Assembly: GCA_963727625.1 (NCBI GenBank) | Contig: CAVSHR010000001.1 | Coordinates: forward strand, 1-64,000 | Length of the DNA stretch: 64,000 bases | Origin: an uncultured delta proteobacterium | Lineage (GTDB): Bacteria; Desulfobacterota; Binatia; UBA9968 | Reading direction: 5' to 3' | Part shown: positions 7,884 through 18,021 of the stretch, piece by piece | Numbering within the stretch: position 1 is the first letter of the stretch | Layout of the letters: every line of letters begins with the position of its first letter | Translations under genes and position numbers: made by a program | Notes under the pieces: model-generated | Databases searched by the model: none | Seen by the model: the letters and a program-made list of their open reading frames with translations, nothing else | What the model was told of the DNA's origin: nothing

Positions 7884-9788
7884 ATGAATATTAAGTCTAT
7901 TGCGGCAATCAGGCTCGCGTGGGTTACGATCTTCGTGATGGCTCTCTCGGCGGGCTGTTCGTCAATTTCGTTGCCATCCTTGCCATGGTCGAGCGATGCG
8001 AAATTGGATCCGACAGCCGAAGCGTTGTACGAAGAGGGCATCCGCAAATTCAACGACAAGCGTTACGTGCGCGCCATCGACAACTTCTCCAAGCTACGGT
8101 CAGATTTCCCTTTCAGCCCCTTGCTGACCGATGTAGAGCTAAAAATCGCCGACGCTTATTATCTGAACCAACAGTATCCCGAAGCCATTAACGCCTTCAA
8201 AGAGTTCCAATCGATGCATCCGACTCACGAGCAGATCCCATTCGTGATCCTGCGTATCGGCCAGGCACACTTCGACCAATTTACCAGCACGGATCGTGAT
8301 CAAAAAAATACCGAAATCGCCAAAGGCTATTTTGAAACAGTCTTAACCAACTACCCGAAGTCGCCTCAAGCGGCGGAGGCTCGAGAAAAATTGGCAAAGT
8401 GCATCGAATATCTCGCCGAGCATGAATTCAACGTCGCCTACTTCTATTATCAGCAAGAAAAATATCCCGCGGCGCGCGATCGCTTCGAGGAAATTGTGCG
8501 CAAGTACAATGACACGCAGACCGCGGTCAAGAGCCTTTTTTATTTAGGCGAGAGTTATCGCAGCGAGAAGAACGCGGTGCGCGCAGCGCTCGCCTACGAG
8601 GCGCTGATCCAACACTATCCGCAGAGTAAGTTCGCCGCCGAGGCTAGAACCCAGCTTGCCCAAGTCGAAAAAGAGAAACATGACCCGCTGGCTTTACTGC
8701 TGATGCGCGACCGGCGCGCCACAACGGCAGCGGCGGAAGTCAAACCGGACCCGGCGCTGGCAAAGCTGCGTGATTTGAAATTGGTCGCCAAGACCGAGGT
8801 GGTTCATGAAAATCCGGGCGATGAGAAAGGGCTCCTGCGCCGCGTCGCCGATACTTTGAATCCATTTTCCTCTTCCGACAACGGCAAAAAAGAAGAGTCG
8901 AAACCCGAGAGCACCGTTGAGCTTTTAGCCAAACGCCATCAAGCGCAGCAAAATAAAGAGTCAGGTGGCATACTCTCTTCGCTATGGCCTTTTGGTTCGA
9001 GCGACGCCAAAAAGACCCGCACGGCGAGCAACGACCCAAAAGCGAGTAAGCTGGTCAACCAAATCGATCAATCTCTCGCCCAGAAGGGCATCGATCCCGC
9101 GGCGCGCCAAGCGGCGTTAAAACCCCCTCCGGCGGATTTGCCGAATACGGACGATCTCGCCAAAGGAGCGCCGCCGGCCACCGAGACCAAGGTGTTGCTC
9201 AGTTCCGTTGATAACAAGTTAAAGAAGCAAGGCCTGGACGGCACGAAACTGCCGCCCGCGCCCGAGGCCGCGGCTGGCTTTAAAGACGTTGCCGCGGCTC
9301 AAGCGATCGTCGCCAAAGCGCAACCGAGCCAGGTGGTATCTCAAGACGTGCAAAGCAGCGGTATCTTGAACAGCATCGATGAGAAGCTCAAGGCTCGAGG
9401 GGTCGAGCCGGCAAAATTTGACAAGGCGCCCTCGGCGGAAGAAATCAAGGCGGCGTCGGCGCAACGGCCACAGGTCAAGAACGTCGAGATTGAGCCCAAG
9501 GTGACCCTGGAGAGAGGCCCGCTATTTCTAAACCCAACGGACGTTCCTGCACAAGAGAAAACGCCATCTCCAGCCAGCGCGGCAGCAAAAAAGTCTGAAA
9601 ACGGCGAGCCCGCCGTCGAAGCGCCGCCTTCTCGGGTTCTGGTAAAGGGGCCGGTACAACCTCAGCTGGCGGCCGCGGAAACTACAAAGGCGTCATCGAC
9701 TTCGGATAACGAACCCAAAGGGGTCATCGATCAGCTTAGCCAGGACGCGGAGAGTATCAGCAAGGCGCTTAACCCGTTCCGCTGGTAG
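7884..9788 (+). CDS. bamD: Outer membrane protein assembly factor BamD with long C-terminal extension
   Basis: Lipobox LSAG-C. BamD TPR signature (ALYEEG, FPFSP, HPTHE, DRDQKNT, YPKS, LAEHEFNVAYFY, AARDRF). About 370 extra low-complexity residues follow. Confidence 0.85.
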   Translation: MNIKSIAAIRLAWVTIFVMALSAGCSSISLPSLPWSSDAKLDPTAEALYEEGIRKFNDKRYVRAIDNFSKLRSDFPFSPLLTDVELKIADAYYLNQQYPEAINAFKEFQSMHPTHEQIPFVILRIGQAHFDQFTSTDRDQKNTEIAKGYFETVLTNYPKSPQAAEAREKLAKCIEYLAEHEFNVAYFYYQQEKYPAARDRFEEIVRKYNDTQTAVKSLFYLGESYRSEKNAVRAALAYEALIQHYPQSKFAAEARTQLAQVEKEKHDPLALLLMRDRRATTAAAEVKPDPALAKLRDLKLVAKTEVVHENPGDEKGLLRRVADTLNPFSSSDNGKKEESKPESTVELLAKRHQAQQNKESGGILSSLWPFGSSDAKKTRTASNDPKASKLVNQIDQSLAQKGIDPAARQAALKPPPADLPNTDDLAKGAPPATETKVLLSSVDNKLKKQGLDGTKLPPAPEAAAGFKDVAAAQAIVAKAQPSQVVSQDVQSSGILNSIDEKLKARGVEPAKFDKAPSAEEIKAASAQRPQVKNVEIEPKVTLERGPLFLNPTDVPAQEKTPSPASAAAKKSENGEPAVEAPPSRVLVKGPVQPQLAAAETTKASSTSDNEPKGVIDQLSQDAESISKALNPFRW

Positions 9789-9841
9789 TCACACCGTTAG
9801 TTTGCGTTTTTTCGGCAGGGGTGGTTCGAGACGGTAATCGA

Positions 9842-10990
9842 TCATCGGTTGTCTCGCCCGCTCGGCGCTCGCACCCGAGTACCTGGCGCGAGTTTTTTCG
9901 GGTCATCGACGATCACTGAATCCCGCTCCGTCAATCCTTGCACCACCTCGACTTCATCGCCCAGTAGGCGCCCGAGCATGATTTCTTGGCGCAGGGCACG
10001 GCCGTCGCGGAATTTGAAAACCGCAGCGCGTTTATTTTCCAAAACGATCGCCGAGCGGGGAATGAATAACGCCTGCCCTTGGGCATCGAGATCGATCCAT
10101 GCCTCGGCGGCCATACCCAGGCGAAACACTCTTCGCGCGTTGGCAAACACGATTTCAATTACATAACTGCTCGCCGTGCCGCCGCTCTGCGGCTCTAATT
10201 GGGTCACTTTACCTTCCGCGGTAACGCCGCGTAGCGCCGCACTCGACACCTCCGCGATCTGTCCGCTGCGCAGCCCTTGGGCATCGTCCCCGGAAACTTC
10301 TCCGATCAGTCTTAGCGTGTCCATATTGCCCAACGTCATGATCGCACCATGCTCGCCAACCACCGCGCCAGGCTCGACAAATCTATGGCTCACCCAGCCG
10401 CTCACCGGCGCGACCAGACGGGTCAAATCGCGAAGCGCGCGAAGTTGCGCCAGCATCGCTTCCTGCTGCGCGAGTCTCGCCCGCGCCAATTCGGCCTGGG
10501 CGCGGCTGGTTGCCGCGGCGCTCTCCGCTCGTTCGAGATCGCGCCGTGGAATGAGGTCTCGGTGCAGCAATTCGCGCTTGGCGGCAAAGAGCGTCTCCGC
10601 TTCGGCCAACTCCCGCTCACGCGCTTGCAGTTCTTGCCGCGCCGCGCGTATACCGGTCTCCCGCGCGCCGATGCGCTGCTCTAAACCATCCGCTTCCACC
10701 GTGGCTACCCGCTCTCCGGCATTGACAAAGTCGCCGACCTTGAATCGCACTTCGGTAACCTTGCCGGCCAAGGGCGATGCGATGTCAAACACGCCGCCCG
10801 GACGAAGCTCGCCGTTTACTTTTATCCGCCGCGGCAGCGACGCGCGGCGTACCTGGATGAGCCGGACGGCAATTTCTTGACCGGCGCCCGCCAGGATGGT
10901 TTCCCGCCCCGCAGGTAAATCGAAAAAATATGAGCCGACAGCGAGCGCGCTAATAACGCCGCACGCCGTGAACCAATACCAAGACTTCAT
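9842..10990 (-). CDS. RND efflux periplasmic adaptor (MFP) subunit, second copy
   Basis: Lipoyl half-motifs IASPLAGKVTEVRFKVGDFV and LVAPVSGWV, hairpin coiled coil, C-terminal GLTERDSVIV. Confidence 0.88.
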   Translation of the reverse strand: MKSWYWFTACGVISALAVGSYFFDLPAGRETILAGAGQEIAVRLIQVRRASLPRRIKVNGELRPGGVFDIASPLAGKVTEVRFKVGDFVNAGERVATVEADGLEQRIGARETGIRAARQELQARERELAEAETLFAAKRELLHRDLIPRRDLERAESAAATSRAQAELARARLAQQEAMLAQLRALRDLTRLVAPVSGWVSHRFVEPGAVVGEHGAIMTLGNMDTLRLIGEVSGDDAQGLRSGQIAEVSSAALRGVTAEGKVTQLEPQSGGTASSYVIEIVFANARRVFRLGMAAEAWIDLDAQGQALFIPRSAIVLENKRAAVFKFRDGRALRQEIMLGRLLGDEVEVVQGLTERDSVIVDDPKKLAPGTRVRAPSGRDNR

Positions 10991-11158
10991 TACGTATTAA
11001 AATTTCTGCCCAGTGAACGATCGGAGATCAACCCGCAAGCCCGGCTCCTAAACTGACAATAATGATTTTTCGCAATCGTTTGGGTCGCGGGCCAGGCCCA
11101 CCGAACGACGCTAGCCCGAATGAAACGGGCCCACCGCGGTGTCTGTTTCAACCGCTCG

Positions 11159-14100
11159 CTAGGGGATTTTGTGCGGCGCGGGGTTCTCCATGCCGAGCTT
11201 GGGGGTTATCGGCTCTGCAGTTGGCATGGTTTCGGTATCGTTCGCTTTGCGGCGCAGCTTGCCCGGCAGGGCAACCGCGAACTCCTGGCACTTTTCAAGG
11301 TACAGATAGACCACAGGTGTAATATAGAGAGTGAGAACCTGCGAGATGAGCAGCCCGCCGACCACCGCAATACCCAAGGGCTGTCGCGCCTCGGCGCCGG
11401 CGCCCCAACCCAGCGCGATCGGCACCGCTCCGACGATGGCGGCCATCGTCGTCATCATGATCGGCCGGAAGCGCACCAGCGCACCCTCGAAAATCGCCTG
11501 CGCCGGCGGCTTGCCGTCTTTGCGCTGCCGTTCGAGGGCAAAGTCAATCATCATGATGGCGTTTTTCTTGACGATGCCGATCAGCATGATCAAGCCGACA
11601 AAAGCGTAGATGCTCAAGTCCATGCCGAACCAGTAGAGCGCGATGAGCGCACCCAAACCGGCCGACGGCAATCCTGAGAGAATCGTCAGCGGATGGATAA
11701 AGCTTTCATAGAGAATCCCGAGCACCAGGTAGACGACAAACACCGCCAGGATGAGTAATACCCATAAGCTGCTGATCGATTTTTGAAATTCCTGGGCGGT
11801 TCCTTGAAAGCTCGTGCTGATGGTCCCCGGCAGTGTTTCGCGCGCCAGCTTGTCGATCGTCTGCACCGCGTCGCCGAGCGCCACCCCTTCGCGCAGATTG
11901 AATGACAGGGTCACCGACGGCAGCTGGCCGGAGTGATTGACCGACAAAGGGCCGGCACCGTAGACAATCTTCGCCACCGACCCCAAAGGCACCATCGGTT
12001 GCGCCGTGCCTGACTGTCCGGTAGTGGAGCGGATGTAGAGCATGGACAGGGCCGACGGATCCTGTTGAAATTTCGGATCCAATTCCAAGATCACGTCATA
12101 CTGGTTGTTCGGCGTGTTTATCGTCGAGACTTTGCGCGTCGCGTAGGCGTTCCAGAACGCCTCTTGCACTTGGCGCTGCGAGATCCCCTGGGCGGTGATT
12201 CCCATGGTCGAGAGCTTGTCGCGGTCGACCACGACCTGGAGCTGCGGGTTACGGATCTGCAAGTCGCTCGCCACATCGCGGAAATTCGGCAGCGCTTTGA
12301 GCCTTTCTTCAAACAGCGAAGCCGAGCGGAAAAGCTCCGGCGCGTCGGTGCTCTGCAAAGTGAATTGGTAGAGGCTGCGGCTCAACCGGCCGCCGATGCG
12401 AATCACCGGCGGGTTCTGTAAAGAGACGCGGATACCGGGGATGCGCGATAATTTCGGGCGCAATTCGCGGATGATTTCATCGGCGGTCTTGGTCCGCTCG
12501 GAGCGATGCTTGAGCTTGACGAAAATGCGCCCGGAGTTGCCGGTCGCGCTGCTGCCGCCGCTGCCGATACGGGAGAAAAAAGACTCGACGTTGGGATCCT
12601 TGGCGACGATCGCAGCCAGTTGGGTTTGGTACTGCATCATCTGTTTGGTAGACACCCCTTCGGCGCCTTCCGTATTGATCAACATCTGCCCGGTGTCTTC
12701 GCTCGGGATAAATCCCTTGGGCACCAATCCGAACATATGAATCGTCGCGTACAACACGACCACCGAAGCGATCATCGTCGTCACATGGTGCTTCATGACC
12801 CAGCCGAGCGAAATCTCGTAGCCTCGGTTCATCGCGTCGAGACAACGGCCGAGAAAGTTATATAACCAGCCGTGTTTCTGCGTTGCCGGCGGACGCAGGT
12901 AGCGGCTGCACAACATCGGCGTGAGGCTCAACGAGATAAAGCCTGAAACCAGAATGGCAACGCAAATCGTCACCGAGAACTCGCGCAGCAGGCGGCCGAT
13001 CATGCCGCTCATGAACAACACCGGGATAAACGCGGCGACCAGAGAAATCGTCATCGACATGATCGTGAAACCGATCTCTTTGGCGCCCTTGACCGCCGCC
13101 TCGTAAGGCTTTTCACCTTCTTCCATGTGCCGGACGATATTTTCGAGCACGACGATGGCGTCATCGACGACAAACCCGACGGCCAGGGTAAGCGCCATGA
13201 GCGAAAGGTTGTCCAAGCTGTAGTCGAGCAGGTACATGACCGCGAAGGTGCCGACAAGGGACATCGGCAAGGCCAAGCTCGGAATGATCGTCGCCGAGAG
13301 ATTACGCAGAAATAGAAAAATGACCAGGATGACCAGCACAATCGTGCCGACGAGCGTCAACTGGACGTCGTGAACCGATTCGCGAATGCCCTCGGTGCGG
13401 TCGAAGAATATGTCCAATTTGATCGACTGAGGGATTTGCTCACGCAGCTGCGGTAACACTTCTTTGATCGCGTCGACCACTTCCACGACGTTGGCGCCGG
13501 CCTGGCGCTGCACGCCTAAAATGATCGCCCGCTTTTCCTTGAACCAGCTCGCCTCTCGGGTGTTCTCAACGCTGTCGAGGACGGTCGCAACATCTTGGAG
13601 GCGAATCGGCGCGCTGTTGCGATAGGCCACGACTAAACGCTTGAACGCCTCGGCATTTTTGAGCTGGCCGTCGGAAACCAAAGTGAACGCCTGGTTGGTC
13701 GCATCCAAGGTTCCCACCGGCAAGTCGACGTTGCCCCGCTGAATCGCGCTGACGACATCGTCCATGCCGATCTGCCGCGCCGCCAGCTGATTCGGGTCGA
13801 GCTGAATGCGCACGGCGAATTTTTGCGAGCCGAAAACGTTCACCTGGGCCACGCCGTTAATCATCGAAATGCGTTGGGCCAGAATGGACTGAGCGTATTC
13901 GTCAACGGTCGACAAGGGTAAGGATTCCGAGCTCAGGGCCATCAGAAAAATCGAATTGTTCGCCGGGTTAACCTTACGGTAGGAGGGCGGGTTGTTCATA
14001 TTCGGCGGCAGGTCGCGTAGCGAGCGCGAAATCATCGATTGCACGTCCTGCGCCGCCGCGTCGATATCCCGGTTGAGATTGAATTGCAGGGTAATCTGCG

Positions 14101-14365
14101 TGCGCCCGAGGGTGCTCACCGAGTTGATCGAGTCCAGACCCGAAATGGTCGCAAACTGTTTTTCCAGCGGCGTTGCCACGTTGGCAGCCATCGTATCCGG
14201 GCTAGCACCGGCCAGATTGGCGCTGACCACGATGGTCGGGAAATCCACCGGCGGCAAGTCGCTCACCGGCAAAGATCTGTAGCCCATGAAACCAAAAAAG
14301 AGTATGCCGACCATGACGAGCGTCGTCGTGATCGGCCGGCGGATAAACAGTCCGGAGATGTTCAT
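11159..14365 (-). CDS. RND efflux permease, MdtB/MdtC (MuxB/C)-like
   Basis: FIRRPITTTL start, VGFVVDDAIVVLENI, GIVKKNAIMMIDFA, RFRPIMMTT; 1068 aa. Confidence 0.95.
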   Translation of the reverse strand: MNISGLFIRRPITTTLVMVGILFFGFMGYRSLPVSDLPPVDFPTIVVSANLAGASPDTMAANVATPLEKQFATISGLDSINSVSTLGRTQITLQFNLNRDIDAAAQDVQSMISRSLRDLPPNMNNPPSYRKVNPANNSIFLMALSSESLPLSTVDEYAQSILAQRISMINGVAQVNVFGSQKFAVRIQLDPNQLAARQIGMDDVVSAIQRGNVDLPVGTLDATNQAFTLVSDGQLKNAEAFKRLVVAYRNSAPIRLQDVATVLDSVENTREASWFKEKRAIILGVQRQAGANVVEVVDAIKEVLPQLREQIPQSIKLDIFFDRTEGIRESVHDVQLTLVGTIVLVILVIFLFLRNLSATIIPSLALPMSLVGTFAVMYLLDYSLDNLSLMALTLAVGFVVDDAIVVLENIVRHMEEGEKPYEAAVKGAKEIGFTIMSMTISLVAAFIPVLFMSGMIGRLLREFSVTICVAILVSGFISLSLTPMLCSRYLRPPATQKHGWLYNFLGRCLDAMNRGYEISLGWVMKHHVTTMIASVVVLYATIHMFGLVPKGFIPSEDTGQMLINTEGAEGVSTKQMMQYQTQLAAIVAKDPNVESFFSRIGSGGSSATGNSGRIFVKLKHRSERTKTADEIIRELRPKLSRIPGIRVSLQNPPVIRIGGRLSRSLYQFTLQSTDAPELFRSASLFEERLKALPNFRDVASDLQIRNPQLQVVVDRDKLSTMGITAQGISQRQVQEAFWNAYATRKVSTINTPNNQYDVILELDPKFQQDPSALSMLYIRSTTGQSGTAQPMVPLGSVAKIVYGAGPLSVNHSGQLPSVTLSFNLREGVALGDAVQTIDKLARETLPGTISTSFQGTAQEFQKSISSLWVLLILAVFVVYLVLGILYESFIHPLTILSGLPSAGLGALIALYWFGMDLSIYAFVGLIMLIGIVKKNAIMMIDFALERQRKDGKPPAQAIFEGALVRFRPIMMTTMAAIVGAVPIALGWGAGAEARQPLGIAVVGGLLISQVLTLYITPVVYLYLEKCQEFAVALPGKLRRKANDTETMPTAEPITPKLGMENPAPHKIP

Positions 14366-15792
14366 GATTCGCCTCGCGCTGCCGCGTTAGCCTTACGCCC
14401 GGGGGAGCCGGCGCGGTCACGATCGCCGCGCCCTTTTCTGCTATCGCCATTGGCTCCATCCCTCGCGTTGCCGGTCGCGCCTCTTTCAGTCTTCATAGCC
14501 GGCTCGGCATTTTCGCCGCCTGCTTTTGTGCGCCCCCGCCCCCGTCTAACCCCGCTCTTGGCGTCCGCCGCGGTTTTTGTCGCGTTTTTCACTTCGATGC
14601 GCGAGCCCGGTCCGAGCAAGAATTGCCCTTCGCGCACTACCCGTTCACCCGCGCTTAGCCCTTTGGAGATAATCGCTTCGCCTTCGTTGGTCCGAGCCAG
14701 GGTGACCGGTCTCATTTCGACTCGGTTGTCGTCCTTGACGACAAAAACATGTTGCCCTTCCTGACCTACCTGTATAGCTTCGGACGGAATCACCACGAGA
14801 TCGGACTGAGTTGCCAGCGTCAAGGCAACATTGACGAATTGGCCGGGCCAGAGGCGCCGCTCGGCATTGGCGAAGACGCCTTTGAGCTTGACCGTGCCTG
14901 TAGCGCGATCGACTGCGTTGTCGATAAAATCCAATTTCCCTTGCTCCGGGCGGCCCTCGTCTGAAGCAAAGCTGGCTTCCACGCTCAAGGCTCCTCTAGC
15001 GCTGTGGCGCTTGAGGTCGGCGAGGTGCTGCTCGGGAACGGCGAAGGTAACATAGATCGGATTGATCTGATTGATGACCACAAGCGGCGCGCCGTCATTG
15101 ACTCGAACCAAGTTTCCTTCGTTAACCAATAGGCTACCAACCCGGCCGTTGATCGGAGAATAAATGTAGCAATAGCTCAATTGCACCTTAGCGTTTTCCA
15201 CCGCGGCCTTGTCGGCATTGACGACCGCTTCCGCAGCGTCTGCGTTGGTTTTGATCTGATCGTATTGTTCGCGCGAGACGTATTGTTTCTCGACCAGCTC
15301 CGCATAACGGCGGACCTGCTCGCGGGTATTTCTCAGCTGCGCCGAATCACGAGCTAAATTGGCCTCCACTTGCTTCAGCGCCGCCTCCAAAGGACGCGGG
15401 TCGATGGTGTAGAGAAGCTGGCCTTTCTTAACGTCCTGGCCTTCCTTAAAATGAGCCCGGTTGAGCACGCCGGTAACCTGGCTCTTGACCGAGACTGTCG
15501 CAAAAGCTTCGACGTTACCCACAGCGCGAATCTGCAGCGGAACGCTTTTTTGCACTGCCGTGGCGACCACCACGGGGACCACTGCGCTACCTCGCGACCG
15601 GCCGCCGCGCCCCTGCCCTTGTTGCCCCTGAGCCGCGCCGGGCTGTCCTTGACGGCGGCCGCCATCGGAACTTTCCGGGTTGGTTTGCGGGCTCACCCGC
15701 GGTTTATTGATCGACCAGGAGGAGTATTGTTGGAAACCGGCAAAACCGACGACGACAAGGAGTAGTGCGAAAACCCATATAGAACGTCTCAT
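14362..15792 (-). CDS. RND efflux periplasmic adaptor (MdtA-like)
   Basis: VKSQVTG..FKEGQDVKKGQLLYTIDPRP, IYSPINGRVG, FIDNAVDRATGT, LWPGQFV. ATGA overlap with the permease. Confidence 0.92.
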   Translation of the reverse strand: MRRSIWVFALLLVVVGFAGFQQYSSWSINKPRVSPQTNPESSDGGRRQGQPGAAQGQQGQGRGGRSRGSAVVPVVVATAVQKSVPLQIRAVGNVEAFATVSVKSQVTGVLNRAHFKEGQDVKKGQLLYTIDPRPLEAALKQVEANLARDSAQLRNTREQVRRYAELVEKQYVSREQYDQIKTNADAAEAVVNADKAAVENAKVQLSYCYIYSPINGRVGSLLVNEGNLVRVNDGAPLVVINQINPIYVTFAVPEQHLADLKRHSARGALSVEASFASDEGRPEQGKLDFIDNAVDRATGTVKLKGVFANAERRLWPGQFVNVALTLATQSDLVVIPSEAIQVGQEGQHVFVVKDDNRVEMRPVTLARTNEGEAIISKGLSAGERVVREGQFLLGPGSRIEVKNATKTAADAKSGVRRGRGRTKAGGENAEPAMKTERGATGNARDGANGDSRKGRGDRDRAGSPGRKANAAARGES

Positions 15793-15830
15793 AGCAGGAC
15801 CTGTTTAGCCCCTTTCGACTAACACCGGAA

Positions 15831-17231
15831 TTACTTGATCGATCCCGGCTTCAATACCCCGACCCGGCTATCCCCCATCGCCCGCGCCAGTTGCGCGTCG
15901 GCGATCTTATAATCATAAACTGTGCGTATATAGGTGGTTTGCGCGTCCGTGTAAAGGGTTTCCGCATCGGTAACTTCGATGATCGAGCCGACACCGACTT
16001 CATAACGCCCACGCGCGAGATCGAGGTTCTCCTTGGCCGCCTTGGCGGCCGACTCCGTCGCTTTGATCCTTTCCTGGGTTTCGACCACCCTAAGGTAACT
16101 CTGCTCGACCTCCAGCGCAATCTGCTGCCGGCGGTCCTCTTCCTGGGCTTTGACGTTGTAATAGTTGTGCAAAGTCTCTTCGACTCGATTGGTCGTGCGA
16201 AAGCCGTCGAAGATCGGGATGTTCAAGCTCAGTTGCACCGACCAGGTCGGCTGCAATGGAAAGGTGTTCACATTTCGCCCGTTGACCGTCTGATCGCTGA
16301 CATGGCGCCGGCCATAACTCGCATCGAAATTAATATCGGGCAGGTGGCTGCGCCGCGCGGTGGCAATCAATTGATCCGAGGCGCGTCGCTGGGCCTCGAA
16401 GCTCTTTAACTCCGTGCGCGAATCGAAGGCGACATCTCTTGCGCCGGCAAGATTCATCGAAAACACCACTTCCGGTGAGTCCTCCGCCACCGGCTGCTCG
16501 GGGAGACGCGGCGAGCCCATGGCATTGCGCAGGGTCACCCAGGCCACCTTGACCGAGTTTTCCGCGGCGATTAAATCAGCTTGCGCCGTGTAAAGATTTG
16601 CCTCGGCGCGGGCGACGTCGATTTTGGCCCGGGTGCCGACCTCGAAGAATCCCCGCGCTTGGCGCACCAGCAGCTCCCGGTTGCGCACCGTGTCTTTCCG
16701 CACATTGACGATCGCCTTGACCCCCAAGTAAACATAGTAGGCCTGTTTGATCGCAAGGATGATATCCTGGGTGGTGGTTTTATAATCTTGCTTGGTCGCG
16801 TTCAAAGTTTCCCGCGCCGCCTGGACGTTGCCTTCGCGCTTACCGAAGTTGTACAGCGTCATGTTAAAGTTCGCCTGGCTCGAGAACGCGTCCGCCGCGT
16901 GATCGTTTCCGCCGCTGGTGCTGCTCTGGCTGGTCCGGTAGGAATTACTTAAGCTAATCGTGGGATAGTAAGCGGCCGTTTGTTGGCCGAGCACCGCCGC
17001 CTGAGAACCTATACGTTCGTTCGCCGATTTAATTCTCGGATGATTGTCTAGGCCGATGCGCACCGCGTCTTCGATCGTGAGCAGTTTACCGGTGGGCGAA
17101 GGCGAAGTTTGATTTGCCGGCGCCGCTTGCACCTGCATTTGGATGTCCGCCGCGTACGCGGACCGGGCTAGATCTCCTTGCGCCGCCAAAACGGCAATCA
17201 GCAAAACTAAAAATCCCTTCCTCGCAGTCAT
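15831..17231 (-). CDS. TolC-family outer membrane efflux protein
   Basis: Start reassigned to MTARKG (RBS GGAGGG). LTIEDAVRIGLDNHP, LNIPIFDG, RYEVGVGSIIEVTDAE motifs. Confidence 0.92.
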   Translation of the reverse strand: MTARKGFLVLLIAVLAAQGDLARSAYAADIQMQVQAAPANQTSPSPTGKLLTIEDAVRIGLDNHPRIKSANERIGSQAAVLGQQTAAYYPTISLSNSYRTSQSSTSGGNDHAADAFSSQANFNMTLYNFGKREGNVQAARETLNATKQDYKTTTQDIILAIKQAYYVYLGVKAIVNVRKDTVRNRELLVRQARGFFEVGTRAKIDVARAEANLYTAQADLIAAENSVKVAWVTLRNAMGSPRLPEQPVAEDSPEVVFSMNLAGARDVAFDSRTELKSFEAQRRASDQLIATARRSHLPDINFDASYGRRHVSDQTVNGRNVNTFPLQPTWSVQLSLNIPIFDGFRTTNRVEETLHNYYNVKAQEEDRRQQIALEVEQSYLRVVETQERIKATESAAKAAKENLDLARGRYEVGVGSIIEVTDAETLYTDAQTTYIRTVYDYKIADAQLARAMGDSRVGVLKPGSIK

Positions 17232-17563
17232 AGAGTGAGACCCTCCCTTGCTCAAGCGCCCGCAGAATATATGTGTTTTGCCCGACGAAATCAAAACTGC
17301 TGCGAGCCAGGTTGTTGACTTGCCTTTCCAACGCTCAAAGGCTGTTTCCTCGACCGATCACAGTAGCGGCACGAAAATTCTCAGCGCGCCGCCGCCTTTG
17401 ATTTTCATCGGGAGCGCCAATAGGGTTAGCCAAGCCGACGAATTTTCCTTTGTCCCGGGCGGCAGCGCGAAACGTAAAAAACGCGCGACACAACGACAAC
17501 GCGGCGAGCGTTCTTATCATAAAGCCTCTGGCCTAGCGATGGGTTGGTAAAAGCTCGAAAGGT

Positions 17564-18013
17564 TCAGGGGTTCTTTCGGATGGCGTCTAGCTGTCTTCTC
17601 GCGTCGGCAAAATCGGGGTTAATTTTAAGCGCGGCTTCAAATGCTATTTCCGCCTCGGCCGTGCGGCCGGCGGCGGCCAGCGCTCTGCCCAATTCGTAAT
17701 GCGCCACGTCGTCGTCCGGGCAGATCGCCAAGCCTTGGCGGTAGAGCGAAATCGCTTCCTCTCGGTTCGTCGATAATTGCGCTTTGTCGAAATATTCGCG
17801 AAAGGCGCGGATGCAATCTTTTCGTTTTTGGTCCTGAAGCTGCTTGCCGGCGGCCAGCGCTTCCAATTCCTTGCGCTGCCGGGCAATCTCCGCTTCCTGC
17901 TGGCGGATTTGTTCCGCCTGGCGCTCAAGGAGTTCCGAATTGCACGCGGTAAAAATTACCGCCGCGACTAACAAAACCAACACGTGGATTAATGGCTTGG
18001 AAAATCTTTTCAT
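17564..18013 (-). CDS. Small coiled-coil/TPR lipoprotein
   Basis: Lipobox IFTA-C, coiled coil, TPR AHYELGRALAAAGRTAEAEIAFEAALKINPDFADA. Confidence 0.8.
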   Translation of the reverse strand: MKRFSKPLIHVLVLLVAAVIFTACNSELLERQAEQIRQQEAEIARQRKELEALAAGKQLQDQKRKDCIRAFREYFDKAQLSTNREEAISLYRQGLAICPDDDVAHYELGRALAAAGRTAEAEIAFEAALKINPDFADARRQLDAIRKNP

Positions 18014-18021
18014 AACGCAGG

